From assembly GCA_963695335.1 (NCBI GenBank), contig OY968764.1:96001-160000 (forward strand): 64,000 nucleotides of DNA, in the 5' to 3' direction. Shown piece after piece: positions 24,329 to 33,788 of this stretch. Both the position numbers and the translations under genes were made by a program. Positions within the stretch are counted from its first letter, which is position 1, and every line of letters begins with the position of its first letter. The notes below the pieces were generated by a model. The model worked only from the letters and a program-made list of their open reading frames with translations, made no database searches and was not told where the DNA came from. The stretch is from an uncultured bacterium (lineage in GTDB: Bacteria > Babelota > Babeliae > Babelales > Vermiphilaceae).

Positions 24329-25117
24329 ATGCTCAACAAAAAAATTATACTACTCACTACACTCACCTTATCACCCCACATACACGCCACGCAGAGCCCC
24401 ACATACACCAACAATGCCAACCCAACATTTAATAACCCCATCAATGCCACAATTAGCCCACAATTTATCACCAATACAACATCAACAATCAATGCGGTTG
24501 GTGTACAAATGAAAGACTTTGCAATCAATGTTATGCAAAAAGTACAAGAAACATGCACCAAAGAAAACTATAATGCAGCAAAAGATCTTTTAAAAACCTT
24601 GTTGTGGGAATATCGTTACAAGATTGCAGCCGGCACAGTTGCAACAGCATATACCGGAACAAACATGTTATTATTACATGATTATTATTACCTTAAAGAT
24701 ACACAACGCTGGGCATGCTGGAAGTGCGACTCCACATTTGAAAATCTATGCGCAATACCACACACAGAACTAACACAGGAACTGATACGCTCGATTGGGG
24801 AATACCATTACAACAAAAAAAATCCCAATGATGCCACACATCCATTAATTACCTTTATTGCAACAATCGAACGCGAGATCAAAACCTGCAAAAGATATCT
24901 CTACATCGCAAAAACAATCAAAAAATTACATTTAACCAAGATATTCCCCATCAATGATGCAAAAATTGATGAAGTGAACATATTCCTCGAAAAGTGCCTA
25001 TTTATCAGGCATTTATTCCTTTCCTGGCTCACCGAACGGACCCTCATGAGCAAATCCAAGAAAATAGCCTATTTAGATCCCTATAAAACATCGATCAGAT
25101 CGCTTTATTGCCTCTAA
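24329..25117 (+). CDS. Hypothetical exported protein; paralog of 23193..23951
   Basis: Signal-like N-terminus ending HIHA; shares the motifs listed for 23193..23951. Confidence 0.8.
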   Translation: MLNKKIILLTTLTLSPHIHATQSPTYTNNANPTFNNPINATISPQFITNTTSTINAVGVQMKDFAINVMQKVQETCTKENYNAAKDLLKTLLWEYRYKIAAGTVATAYTGTNMLLLHDYYYLKDTQRWACWKCDSTFENLCAIPHTELTQELIRSIGEYHYNKKNPNDATHPLITFIATIEREIKTCKRYLYIAKTIKKLHLTKIFPINDAKIDEVNIFLEKCLFIRHLFLSWLTERTLMSKSKKIAYLDPYKTSIRSLYCL

Positions 25118-25138
25118 AATACCCACACAGCGCCAAAA

Positions 25139-25166
25139 TTGACAATTTGTCACAATCTGATATAAT
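25139..25166 (+). promoter_or_regulatory. Consensus sigma70 promoter with a palindrome overlapping the -35 box
   Basis: TTGACA-16 nt-TATAAT; TGACA-att-TGTCA at 25140-25152. Confidence 0.7.
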
Positions 25167-25222
25167 TATAGTGTAAATAAAGGCGTTTTACGCCTTATTT
25201 TTATATACTAATTACGGGGGTA

Positions 25223-26089
25223 ATGATGGACATTTTTTCAATAAAAAACCGATCAATTTTCGCATTTTTCATTACAATGCTCTTCTCACTTATTGCCGCA
25301 GAGCAAAATAATAAGTTTTTTACATCACCCTTAACAAAATCAAATACTCAAAACCATATAAGAAGAATTGATTTTGTACAAGATGCCAATGGTAAAAAAT
25401 TTATTTTAAAATATCCTCGACACACAGAACACGCTATTGCTGAAGCCCTAGCCGCAAAGATAGGGAAAGATGTTGGTGTTAATATTAATGATGTCAAAAT
25501 ATGTTCTCCTAGAGACCCTGCAATAAGCTCTGTTGATGAATATCCTTCATGTGCAAAAACTTTACACACTATAGTGCCCGGCAAAGAAGTTAATAACACT
25601 TCTTATGCAAATATAACTATTCAGAATCCCTTAGGTAAAAAAGCTCTACACAGCTTAACACTTCATAAAGATTTATGTAAAATTGTAGCCCTTGATATAT
25701 ATCTTGATAATTGGGATCGTCACAATAGTAATTTCTTCTATGATCAACAAAGCAATACATTTTATGCTATTGACATGGATATGATATTAGAGAATGACCG
25801 AAACAAATTCGAACGATGTGCTACTCAAACAATCAACTTTGTCAAAAGATTAAACAAAGATAATTTATCTGAAGCAGAGAAAAATGCTCTTAGACGAGTA
25901 AATAAAACATTGCATAAACTTACTTCACAATACCCTCCAGAAAAACTACAAAGTACTTGGATGGAGTTAGCACAAGAAGTTCATTATAAATGTCATCACT
26001 CAGAACAACAAAGATTTAACAATCTTACTGAATATAACTTTAAAGAAACTCAAAAATTACAAAAACTACTCAATTCATTGCTCTCGTAA
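25223..26089 (+). CDS. Secreted atypical kinase (PI3/4-kinase / HipA-like fold)
   Basis: FILK, EALAA, LDIYLDNWDRHNSN, AIDMD; signal peptide. Confidence 0.75.
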   Translation: MMDIFSIKNRSIFAFFITMLFSLIAAEQNNKFFTSPLTKSNTQNHIRRIDFVQDANGKKFILKYPRHTEHAIAEALAAKIGKDVGVNINDVKICSPRDPAISSVDEYPSCAKTLHTIVPGKEVNNTSYANITIQNPLGKKALHSLTLHKDLCKIVALDIYLDNWDRHNSNFFYDQQSNTFYAIDMDMILENDRNKFERCATQTINFVKRLNKDNLSEAEKNALRRVNKTLHKLTSQYPPEKLQSTWMELAQEVHYKCHHSEQQRFNNLTEYNFKETQKLQKLLNSLLS

Positions 26090-26122
26090 AAATGAGCACC
26101 TAAAAAGTGGGGAGGAAATAGT

Positions 26123-27196
26123 ATGAATTTTTTAATAAAAAAACAATCATTTTTTGCACTTTTCATTATAACGCTATTTTCAGCATTCTCTCTTTTTGCT
26201 GATGTCACTTTCAGCGGACCACTAACTCAGATAAAAGCATTTGGATATGATAGCAATGTGTTTTTAGTACAAGACGCACATAACAAACAATTCATCTTAA
26301 AATATAATACCAAAATCAATCACCTTATCCCAAATCAAGAACCATTGATTCATGAAATGCTTGGTGCAAAAATTGGCCTTGCTGCAAACATTAACATTAA
26401 CGATGTTACAATTGTTCCAGCGCATGACACATCTTTACAATCCGTTGACAGCCACCCTCATCTTGCTAAAACATTACACACCGTTGTACCAGGCAAAGAA
26501 GTTGCTGATTGTACAATGACTTATAACTTAAATCTTTGCGGTGCTTTAACAAGTAACAATAATCTACACAGCCTTACATTCCATAAAAATCTTTGTGAAA
26601 TTGCAGCACTTGATATATTCACATCAAATATTGATCGTCACAATTACAATCTTTCTTTTGACGCTCTCAAAAATGAATATCATGCATTTGATATGGATTA
26701 CAGTTTTTATGATGTCTATTATATCCCTAACAGTGGTAACATACCGTATATTCCCAGGAATCTGACTGCTTTTATCCAACTGCATAACAAACCTGTTGCT
26801 CTATTTCTTGCCACGAAAGTGTATAATTTTTTAAAAGAGATAGATCCAAAACAACTCTCTTATGCAGAAATTGAAGCTCTTAAAACAGTTAATACAACTC
26901 TAGAAAAACTCCAAGCTGCGTATCCACCAAAAAAACTGTATGTCGAGTGGATGAATATAGCGCAGCAAGCACAATACGCATATAGTTCTGAAAAAAAACA
27001 ATGCATTCGTTATCTTATTGCGTATAACCATCTTGAAATTACCAAAATACGCGCTCAACTTAATCGTATTATTTCTGACAATAGTTACACATCACAAATG
27101 CAACAACTTCAAAATACGGCTACTATTGCGTGGCAAAACACATCTCTAACATTATGTGCTTTCCGCATCATGCTCAAAAATTATCAACTCGCATAA
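26123..27196 (+). CDS. Secreted atypical kinase paralog
   Basis: FILK, HEMLGA, LDIFTSNIDRHNYN, AFDMD; signal peptide. Confidence 0.75.
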   Translation: MNFLIKKQSFFALFIITLFSAFSLFADVTFSGPLTQIKAFGYDSNVFLVQDAHNKQFILKYNTKINHLIPNQEPLIHEMLGAKIGLAANININDVTIVPAHDTSLQSVDSHPHLAKTLHTVVPGKEVADCTMTYNLNLCGALTSNNNLHSLTFHKNLCEIAALDIFTSNIDRHNYNLSFDALKNEYHAFDMDYSFYDVYYIPNSGNIPYIPRNLTAFIQLHNKPVALFLATKVYNFLKEIDPKQLSYAEIEALKTVNTTLEKLQAAYPPKKLYVEWMNIAQQAQYAYSSEKKQCIRYLIAYNHLEITKIRAQLNRIISDNSYTSQMQQLQNTATIAWQNTSLTLCAFRIMLKNYQLA

Positions 27197-27212
27197 AACA
27201 AAGGATTATTAA

Positions 27213-28283
27213 ATGAAAAAATATATACAACATAATCTCATTATTTTTGCATTAATCAACATATGCTTTCCTCTCTTAAGTTCTGAAAACAATTGGTCAT
27301 TAAAGCCAAAGAGCTCACATACAAACTGGTTCACCAGTAAAATTGATGCTTTTTCACAAAAAATGGTTACCAGACATTCATATACGCATAATTCATTTGA
27401 ACATATGCGTGACATGGCAATTTTACATTTATTACCAGCACCCATAGCACAAGCAACACTCTTTGCTCAACGCAACAATATGAAAAAGTTTTTATTAAAA
27501 AATGAAGAAAATGCCCTTGAAGGAGTCAGGCAATATTGGGGATTTGATCAAAAGGAATGGTCAAGAATAATGTCTCAAATAAGAAAAAACCGTGAATTTA
27601 ATCTCAGCGAAATGCGCAAAGATCAAGATTTCAATACCTATCATGACCCTTCTTTACCAACAATATGGATCGATACTCTAAAAAAAGAATGTAAAAGACA
27701 TGACATCAATCCCAAAAGTCTTAATTTTGGAACGATGGAAAAGCCTGGAATAGGTGCCCATGCATATGAATATTTACCGTCATGTAACAATTATAATCCT
27801 GGAGGAATTAACTTTAATACTAATGATTTCAATAAAGAAAATTATCCTAAAGACGAAATACGCTATATAGCGGCTCATGAATTAATGCATATAATACAAG
27901 GCCATAATAGCCGAGCATATTTTTTACGACCAATAAGGCCCGTAAAACCAAAATTGCCTATAGATGATAATTCTCTTCGTTCTAAAATATTAGAAAATTA
28001 TCATAAGTCACTAACAGATTACAAAAAAACAATGGAAATCTATAACCAATCCTCCGTATATAACAATCTTATCGCTGCTGACGAAAAAACGGCCGACACT
28101 CTTTTAGCGTGTTCTGATCGTGAATTCGCAAAAACAGCTGCTGCATTTTCAGGTTATATAGATAACCATAATGATCTACACGTACTGAATACCAACTGGG
28201 AAACATCTCAGCGAATTGAAAAATTACAAAATACGTTGAAATCAACCACAAAGAAAATACAGCAAATCACTCACCAGTTTTAA
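27213..28283 (+). CDS. Secreted putative zinc metalloprotease
   Basis: AAHELMH (HExxH) with downstream EKTAD; signal peptide. Confidence 0.6.
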   Translation: MKKYIQHNLIIFALINICFPLLSSENNWSLKPKSSHTNWFTSKIDAFSQKMVTRHSYTHNSFEHMRDMAILHLLPAPIAQATLFAQRNNMKKFLLKNEENALEGVRQYWGFDQKEWSRIMSQIRKNREFNLSEMRKDQDFNTYHDPSLPTIWIDTLKKECKRHDINPKSLNFGTMEKPGIGAHAYEYLPSCNNYNPGGINFNTNDFNKENYPKDEIRYIAAHELMHIIQGHNSRAYFLRPIRPVKPKLPIDDNSLRSKILENYHKSLTDYKKTMEIYNQSSVYNNLIAADEKTADTLLACSDREFAKTAAAFSGYIDNHNDLHVLNTNWETSQRIEKLQNTLKSTTKKIQQITHQF

Positions 28284-28329
28284 AATAATAATGAGTTCAA
28301 TCTAAGAAAAATTAAAAAGCATTTATCTT

Positions 28330-28494
28330 GCGCGCTCGTCCTGAACTTGTTGAAGGATATCTTTGAGCGCGTTCTTTTCTTTAGTAAAGAACATTTTTCT
28401 TTTGACTGTTGTTTAACAATATAAATTTTGTTGTATTTTTACTATTAAAAAAATGCGCTCAAGGATACCCTTCAACAAGTTCAGGGCGAGCGCA
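28330..28494. repeat. REPIN-like inverted pair of family-A palindromes
   Basis: GCGCTCGTCCTGAACTTGTTGAAGGATATCTTTGAGCGC and its reverse complement around an AT-rich spacer. Confidence 0.9.
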
Positions 28495-28602
28495 AGAAAG
28501 AATTAGTGAAAACGGGTTATATGCTATAAAACCTTGCAAACGTTACCTGAGCATTGCCAGAATAATAGCAAATCTCTCAAAAATATAGTTGCAAAGGGCA
28601 GC

Positions 28603-29433
28603 ATGAACGCTCTCAAAATAATAATAATCGTATTGCACATATTCTTTTTTGCTATACAACTGCATGCACATGATTTTTTTACCCCACCACTACGTCAAAT
28701 CAAATACATCAACAGAATTATGTTTGTAGAAGATGCGCAGGGCAACCAATTTATTTTAAAATATCCCAGAAATCCAAACTGTGCAGTTAACGATGCTCTG
28801 GGAGCCGCAGTAGGAAAATTTATTGGTACCAATATTAATGATGTAAAAATATTCCCACCACAAAGCACATCGGTGAGCTCTGTTGACAAATTCCCCAACA
28901 AAATAAAAACACTCCATACACTCGTCCCTGGCAATGAAGTGAGAAGAATGCGTGATGCGCTCGGTTATTTTAGTATAAAAACAGGACTTACTAAAAAAGC
29001 AAAGTTAAGACGCATCATCAAACACAAAGATCTCTGCAAAATTATCGCTCTTGATATATTCCTCAACAATGGCGATCGTCACAATGGTAATATTTTTTAT
29101 GATAAAGATAATGATCGTTTTTATGCCATTGATATGGATGCCATATTTCGTAAAAAACGTTTATTAGCTATTAAAGCAGCAAAGTTTATACAAGAATTAG
29201 ATAAGAAAAAATTATCTTCTCAAGAAAAAACTGCTCTGAAAAATCTCTCCAAAACATTGCGTGCCCTGATGACGCAATACACCCCTAAATCACTATGTGC
29301 ACTCAAACAAAGCTTAGCCACAACAGCTGGTCATGAATATTCCATATCAGAACAAAAAGCGTTCCGCAAACTTGTTGAGCTCAACTTTAAAAAACTGCAG
29401 CATCTGCAAAAATTGTTAAAAAAATTAATTTAA
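28603..29433 (+). CDS. Secreted atypical kinase paralog
   Basis: FILKYP, LDIFLNNGDRHNGN, AIDMD; signal peptide ending QLHA. Confidence 0.75.
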   Translation: MNALKIIIIVLHIFFFAIQLHAHDFFTPPLRQIKYINRIMFVEDAQGNQFILKYPRNPNCAVNDALGAAVGKFIGTNINDVKIFPPQSTSVSSVDKFPNKIKTLHTLVPGNEVRRMRDALGYFSIKTGLTKKAKLRRIIKHKDLCKIIALDIFLNNGDRHNGNIFYDKDNDRFYAIDMDAIFRKKRLLAIKAAKFIQELDKKKLSSQEKTALKNLSKTLRALMTQYTPKSLCALKQSLATTAGHEYSISEQKAFRKLVELNFKKLQHLQKLLKKLI

Positions 29434-29466
29434 AAAGGCGCCCCTTTTACAGAGCGCCTTTTTTTT
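29432..29466. terminator. Bidirectional intrinsic terminator
   Basis: AAAAAGGCGC..GCGCCTTTTTTTT between convergent genes. Confidence 0.7.
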
Positions 29467-29477
29467 AATCCAAATTA

Positions 29478-30350
29478 TTACTCATGCTTCCATACAACAC
29501 TGAACGCCTGTCCATTCAACATCAATGATGAAGGCACCGCTTTTGGTACACCAGCCGCTGTTACCATGGTCAACATATCATACGCCCAATGGCTATTATT
29601 TATCGCTCCATGAACACCATTAATTGTTGCAGTACAATTATTAAAATATGCTGTGCCAAAATGTGATAATGGTAAAATACTTCCTGAATATGGCGCTTCT
29701 AACACCCATTCAGCAGAACTGCGTAGCGCAGTTTTTGATTTTGTATACGATGTTGGAATTGTTGTATGAACTCCTGCAGTGCTATTAGCGATACTTAAAA
29801 CAAAAACGCCACTGCCTTGATACACAACCGATGCACTAATCACATCACCAGGTCTTACAGGAAAGCCAACAATTTCATATGAATAGTTTGGATACATTTC
29901 AAACCATGCATAATTTGATTGCTTACCGTTAGTCCAATCATGCTCAGTACCAAGTTGTTCAACACTGCTGCTGCTATACCCATCAATACCAACCCACAAT
30001 GAACACCATGTATTATGTGATGCTACTGAAAGTGTTGGAACAATCCAAGAACCATACACTGCAGTCACGGCATTTGATGCAGGGTGATGTAAATTGGTCA
30101 CTGCTGCATAACCAGCCCAATTCTGACTTGTACCTTCTTTAACAGGAATATGCGGATGCGTAAACGTTGCATCGGTAGAACTGTGTTCTTCAGTGAATTC
30201 AAAATCCTGATACTCATACCTATGCCCTCTTTCTCTCAGGCGCAACTCACATTCTATATACGTCAGACCATCTACATCATGTGCAACAAGCGTTACAGAA
30301 AACAGTAGCGCTATTGAAAACAATATGTTACGAAAATTCATCAACTTCAT
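29478..30350 (-). CDS. Glutamic peptidase, family G1 (eqolisin / Peptidase_A4)
   Basis: SQNWAGY, WVGIDG..EQLGT, AWFEMYP, SAEWVLEAP; signal peptide plus propeptide. Confidence 0.88.
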   Translation of the reverse strand: MKLMNFRNILFSIALLFSVTLVAHDVDGLTYIECELRLRERGHRYEYQDFEFTEEHSSTDATFTHPHIPVKEGTSQNWAGYAAVTNLHHPASNAVTAVYGSWIVPTLSVASHNTWCSLWVGIDGYSSSSVEQLGTEHDWTNGKQSNYAWFEMYPNYSYEIVGFPVRPGDVISASVVYQGSGVFVLSIANSTAGVHTTIPTSYTKSKTALRSSAEWVLEAPYSGSILPLSHFGTAYFNNCTATINGVHGAINNSHWAYDMLTMVTAAGVPKAVPSSLMLNGQAFSVVWKHE

Positions 30351-30364
30351 CAGGACTCCTTTAT

Positions 30365-31657
30365 TTATAAACTTCCAACAGATAACAAATTAGACAACGC
30401 AAAAGTCAAGCGTGTTCCCAAAACCCTTTGCATCATTGATCCAATTTTAAAAGATCGGTACGGAGAAAAATATTCATCAAATTCACTGTTATTGTTGATA
30501 ATGCGATCAGCACAATGTGCACCAAGTGCAGCAGCAAACGGCAAACCACACGCACCGGCTATGTAATATACTGATGGCATCTGTTTGTCAAAGCCTGCCA
30601 CGGGGAACACATCTTTACTAATTCCAATTAATCCTGGCCACATGTATTCAAATTCAATGTTCACTGTAGGGAATTTTGTCTGAAAATAATGCATTAATTG
30701 CTTTGCAACACGCATATTACCATGTGATTCATTCATGTATGTGTACAATAAATCAGAGCCACCCAGCATTAATCTGTTATCACCCGTCACGCGATAGTAC
30801 TGATAAATCATATCCGTATCCCACACCATAAAAGGTTGTTGTGGGAAAATCTGTGCAATCTGCTTATCAGAAAGCGGAGCAGACATCATGAGAAAAGTTT
30901 GTACATGGTAGACACTATCCCACAACAATGATGCTGCTGGTTCAAAACGGTCTGTACACACAATAATATGATCAGCTTTGATTGTTGCTCGTGGAGTTCT
31001 GACAACATTGTTTGCAATAGAAATTGCAGGCGTTTCTTCATACACGTGCACACCAGCATCTTGTAAAATCTTTTTCATCTCACAACAATATTGATACGCA
31101 CAGATACCAAACGTGCCACCATACGATATACCGCCTTTGTATGTATCAGAACCAATAACATCACGCACTCCATCATGTGAATATAATATACTTTCATATC
31201 CAGCATGCATGCGACTGTTGTACTCTTTTTGTATATCATTTTTAAATGCACGCGCACTGTTTGCAAGAATGAGTGTGTCTTGTTTTTGATAATCGCACTC
31301 AAGGTGATATTTTTTTATATTATTTTCGATAATATCAACCCCAGAACCGATCAACTTCCATAACTTTTTGCCAACATCTTCACCAAAACAACGCACCAAT
31401 TCAAACAACGATAATTCTGAATCTGGCGTAATAAAACCTGAACTTTTTCCTGATGCTCCTGCGCCGCAAAAGTTTTTTTCTATCACAACAACTTTGCAAC
31501 CTTTTTGCGCAAATTCTTGGGCTGCAGTTAATCCTGCCATGCCGCCGCCAACAACAACAATTTCTGTGACAATATCATCCATTAACGGCGTAGCAATGTT
31601 GTTACAATTAAGGTACCAAAACACCTGATCTTGCGGTGTAATATTTATTTTCTTCAC
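30365..31657 (-). CDS. FAD-dependent oxidoreductase (DadA/PuuB family)
   Basis: VVVGGGMAG, GASGKSSG, YYRVTGDNRLMLGG, WPGLIG. Confidence 0.88.
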   Translation of the reverse strand: MKKINITPQDQVFWYLNCNNIATPLMDDIVTEIVVVGGGMAGLTAAQEFAQKGCKVVVIEKNFCGAGASGKSSGFITPDSELSLFELVRCFGEDVGKKLWKLIGSGVDIIENNIKKYHLECDYQKQDTLILANSARAFKNDIQKEYNSRMHAGYESILYSHDGVRDVIGSDTYKGGISYGGTFGICAYQYCCEMKKILQDAGVHVYEETPAISIANNVVRTPRATIKADHIIVCTDRFEPAASLLWDSVYHVQTFLMMSAPLSDKQIAQIFPQQPFMVWDTDMIYQYYRVTGDNRLMLGGSDLLYTYMNESHGNMRVAKQLMHYFQTKFPTVNIEFEYMWPGLIGISKDVFPVAGFDKQMPSVYYIAGACGLPFAAALGAHCADRIINNNSEFDEYFSPYRSFKIGSMMQRVLGTRLTFALSNLLSVGSL

Positions 31658-31742
31658 TACTTTTTTCCTTTTTAATAGTATGATAGTGCCGATTATATCT
31701 TACTCAATTATTTCTTCATCCATACTAAAAAAAGGGTATTGA

Positions 31743-32636
31743 ATGCAAAAAAAGATTTTGTGTATATGCACACTGCTCATCACATCTCTTTCTGCAATGG
31801 AAAAAGAATTTAAAATTCCCCTCGAACTAACACATCAATCACCTGAAATTACCCGCGTGCATTCGCAGGAATATTTGCAGTGGCTCGAAAAAAAGACTCT
31901 TAATGAATCTTTAAAATTAGCTAGCGACGAATATAAATTTTTGAAACATGATTTAACATTTGTCAGAGCTGTGCTTAATGCAACTAACGATGTTATACAA
32001 GCCAAAAAAAAATCTTCCTTGCAACCACATTATGGCATATCTGTAATACCAGATAATTATTATGGCGCCGGAAATGCTCTGCCAAGAGAATATGCTGACA
32101 CTTATGCTATTATCCCTATCGCTGTTGCTCATGCATTACAATCTAATGTGTTCAAGCGTATTTTAATTATTAATGAATTTTTGAACAATGATAATTATAA
32201 TGATATAAAACACTATTATTCCAAAGGAAACGGGTCTCTTTTTTATCCCGATAAAAATAAAGATACCGAACTATTCAATCTTTTTAACGGTAAAATTATT
32301 ACCTCCGATAAGATCAAACAAAATATAGATACGTTTCTTGAAACTGATGGTAAAAATATCGATCTTATATTCTATAATCTTGATATAGACGAAGATACTC
32401 ATAATCCAAAAAAATATCTTTCTATTTTAAACAAATATATTCCTACCGTCTTTATACTTGCTGGCTGTCCTGGAGCAAAAGAATACGATCCTCAGCCGGC
32501 TCAGGTCACAATTCAACAAATTTCCACCAAAGCCCTCAATCAATCAAAACTACCTTCTTGTTCATTTGATGTTCACTATTGGAGCCATACAGAAACTGAA
32601 ATTGTAGAAAATCTAACAATTCAAGCAAAAAGCTAA
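31743..32636 (+). CDS. Secreted degenerate histone-deacetylase-like protein
   Basis: RVHSQEYL, YAIIPIAVA, KRILII..GNG, LIFYN, IPTVFI; catalytic His pair absent. Confidence 0.6.
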   Translation: MQKKILCICTLLITSLSAMEKEFKIPLELTHQSPEITRVHSQEYLQWLEKKTLNESLKLASDEYKFLKHDLTFVRAVLNATNDVIQAKKKSSLQPHYGISVIPDNYYGAGNALPREYADTYAIIPIAVAHALQSNVFKRILIINEFLNNDNYNDIKHYYSKGNGSLFYPDKNKDTELFNLFNGKIITSDKIKQNIDTFLETDGKNIDLIFYNLDIDEDTHNPKKYLSILNKYIPTVFILAGCPGAKEYDPQPAQVTIQQISTKALNQSKLPSCSFDVHYWSHTETEIVENLTIQAKS

Positions 32637-32645
32637 GAGGATCCC

Positions 32646-33788
32646 ATGCAAAAAAAGATTTTGTGTATATGCACACTACTCATCTCATCTCTTTCTGCAA
32701 TGGAAAAAGATTTCAAAATTCCTCTCGAACTGACACATCAATCACCTGAAATCACTCGTGTACATTCTCCAGAATATTTGCAATGGCTTGAAAAACAAGC
32801 AAAGTACAAGAATTTTATTGAATGTACTCCAAAGTATGCTAGTTCATGGAAACAATTGAAGTCAGAATTACGATCAGTTCGTACCACCCTTAAAGCAACT
32901 CGTGATATGGTAAAAGCAAAAGAATATGGAATTACATTACCTACTTTTGCCGTTTCCTTTGGCGACAGTAATTCATTTGCCGGAAACAGGCGCCTATTGA
33001 TAAATAATTTTCATAAGGGACGCTATGCTACCATTCCCATAGCTGCCGCATACGCCTTACAAACAAACTTATTCAAACGTATTTTAATTATTGATGAAAA
33101 TCTTAATGTTTTTAACAATGCAGATATTGATAAGTTAGAAGAGTATTACAGGTATGGTAATGGTGCCTTATTTTACTCGCCACATAATGAACAAACATCA
33201 TCTCTTTTTAAAGATAAAGTTGTGAATTACGACAAAGTAAATTATACAATGTTATGGAATTTTCTTAACAATGAAGGAAAAGATATAGATCTAGTATTTT
33301 ATAACATTGACCTCGACAATAATGATGATACAGATCAACGAAACCCAAACATATTTTCTCTTTTTCAAAAATGCATTCCTGTCGTATTTATTATCTCTGA
33401 CCACAAGTGGCATACAGAAGAACTCGATTACACACTGAGACACATCACACGAATAGCATCAAAACTAAAGCCTTTTTTTATTCCTGGATTACAACAAGAA
33501 TTGCATACATTAGTAGGCGGCGTATATAAACTTTATAATGATAATGGGGCGTCAGAAGAGATGTATCATAGCGATACAGAAAATGATGAACCAGAGCTTT
33601 ATAGATTATCAGAACCATATTGTTCAGAATCTGATGATAATGATTATGATGACGCATTATCCAATTTTCACCCATCAGAATCTGATGAGGAAGAAGATGA
33701 TGATAACAGTCTTGACAAGATCATAGCCAAGTATAAAAAAATTGCAGATGAGAAAGGTATTGTATGCAAAAACAAATTTTATATGTAA
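32646..33788 (+). CDS. Secreted degenerate HDAC-like protein with acidic tail
   Basis: RVHSPEYL, YATIPIAAAYAL, KRILIID..GNG, LVFYNID; D/E-rich C-terminus. Confidence 0.6.
   Translation: MQKKILCICTLLISSLSAMEKDFKIPLELTHQSPEITRVHSPEYLQWLEKQAKYKNFIECTPKYASSWKQLKSELRSVRTTLKATRDMVKAKEYGITLPTFAVSFGDSNSFAGNRRLLINNFHKGRYATIPIAAAYALQTNLFKRILIIDENLNVFNNADIDKLEEYYRYGNGALFYSPHNEQTSSLFKDKVVNYDKVNYTMLWNFLNNEGKDIDLVFYNIDLDNNDDTDQRNPNIFSLFQKCIPVVFIISDHKWHTEELDYTLRHITRIASKLKPFFIPGLQQELHTLVGGVYKLYNDNGASEEMYHSDTENDEPELYRLSEPYCSESDDNDYDDALSNFHPSESDEEEDDDNSLDKIIAKYKKIADEKGIVCKNKFYM

Noticed and set aside
24079..24561. 160-aa hydrophobic ORF on the - strand
   Set aside because: Antisense to 24329..25117 and runs through a repeat; hydrophobicity reflects the A/C-rich sense strand.
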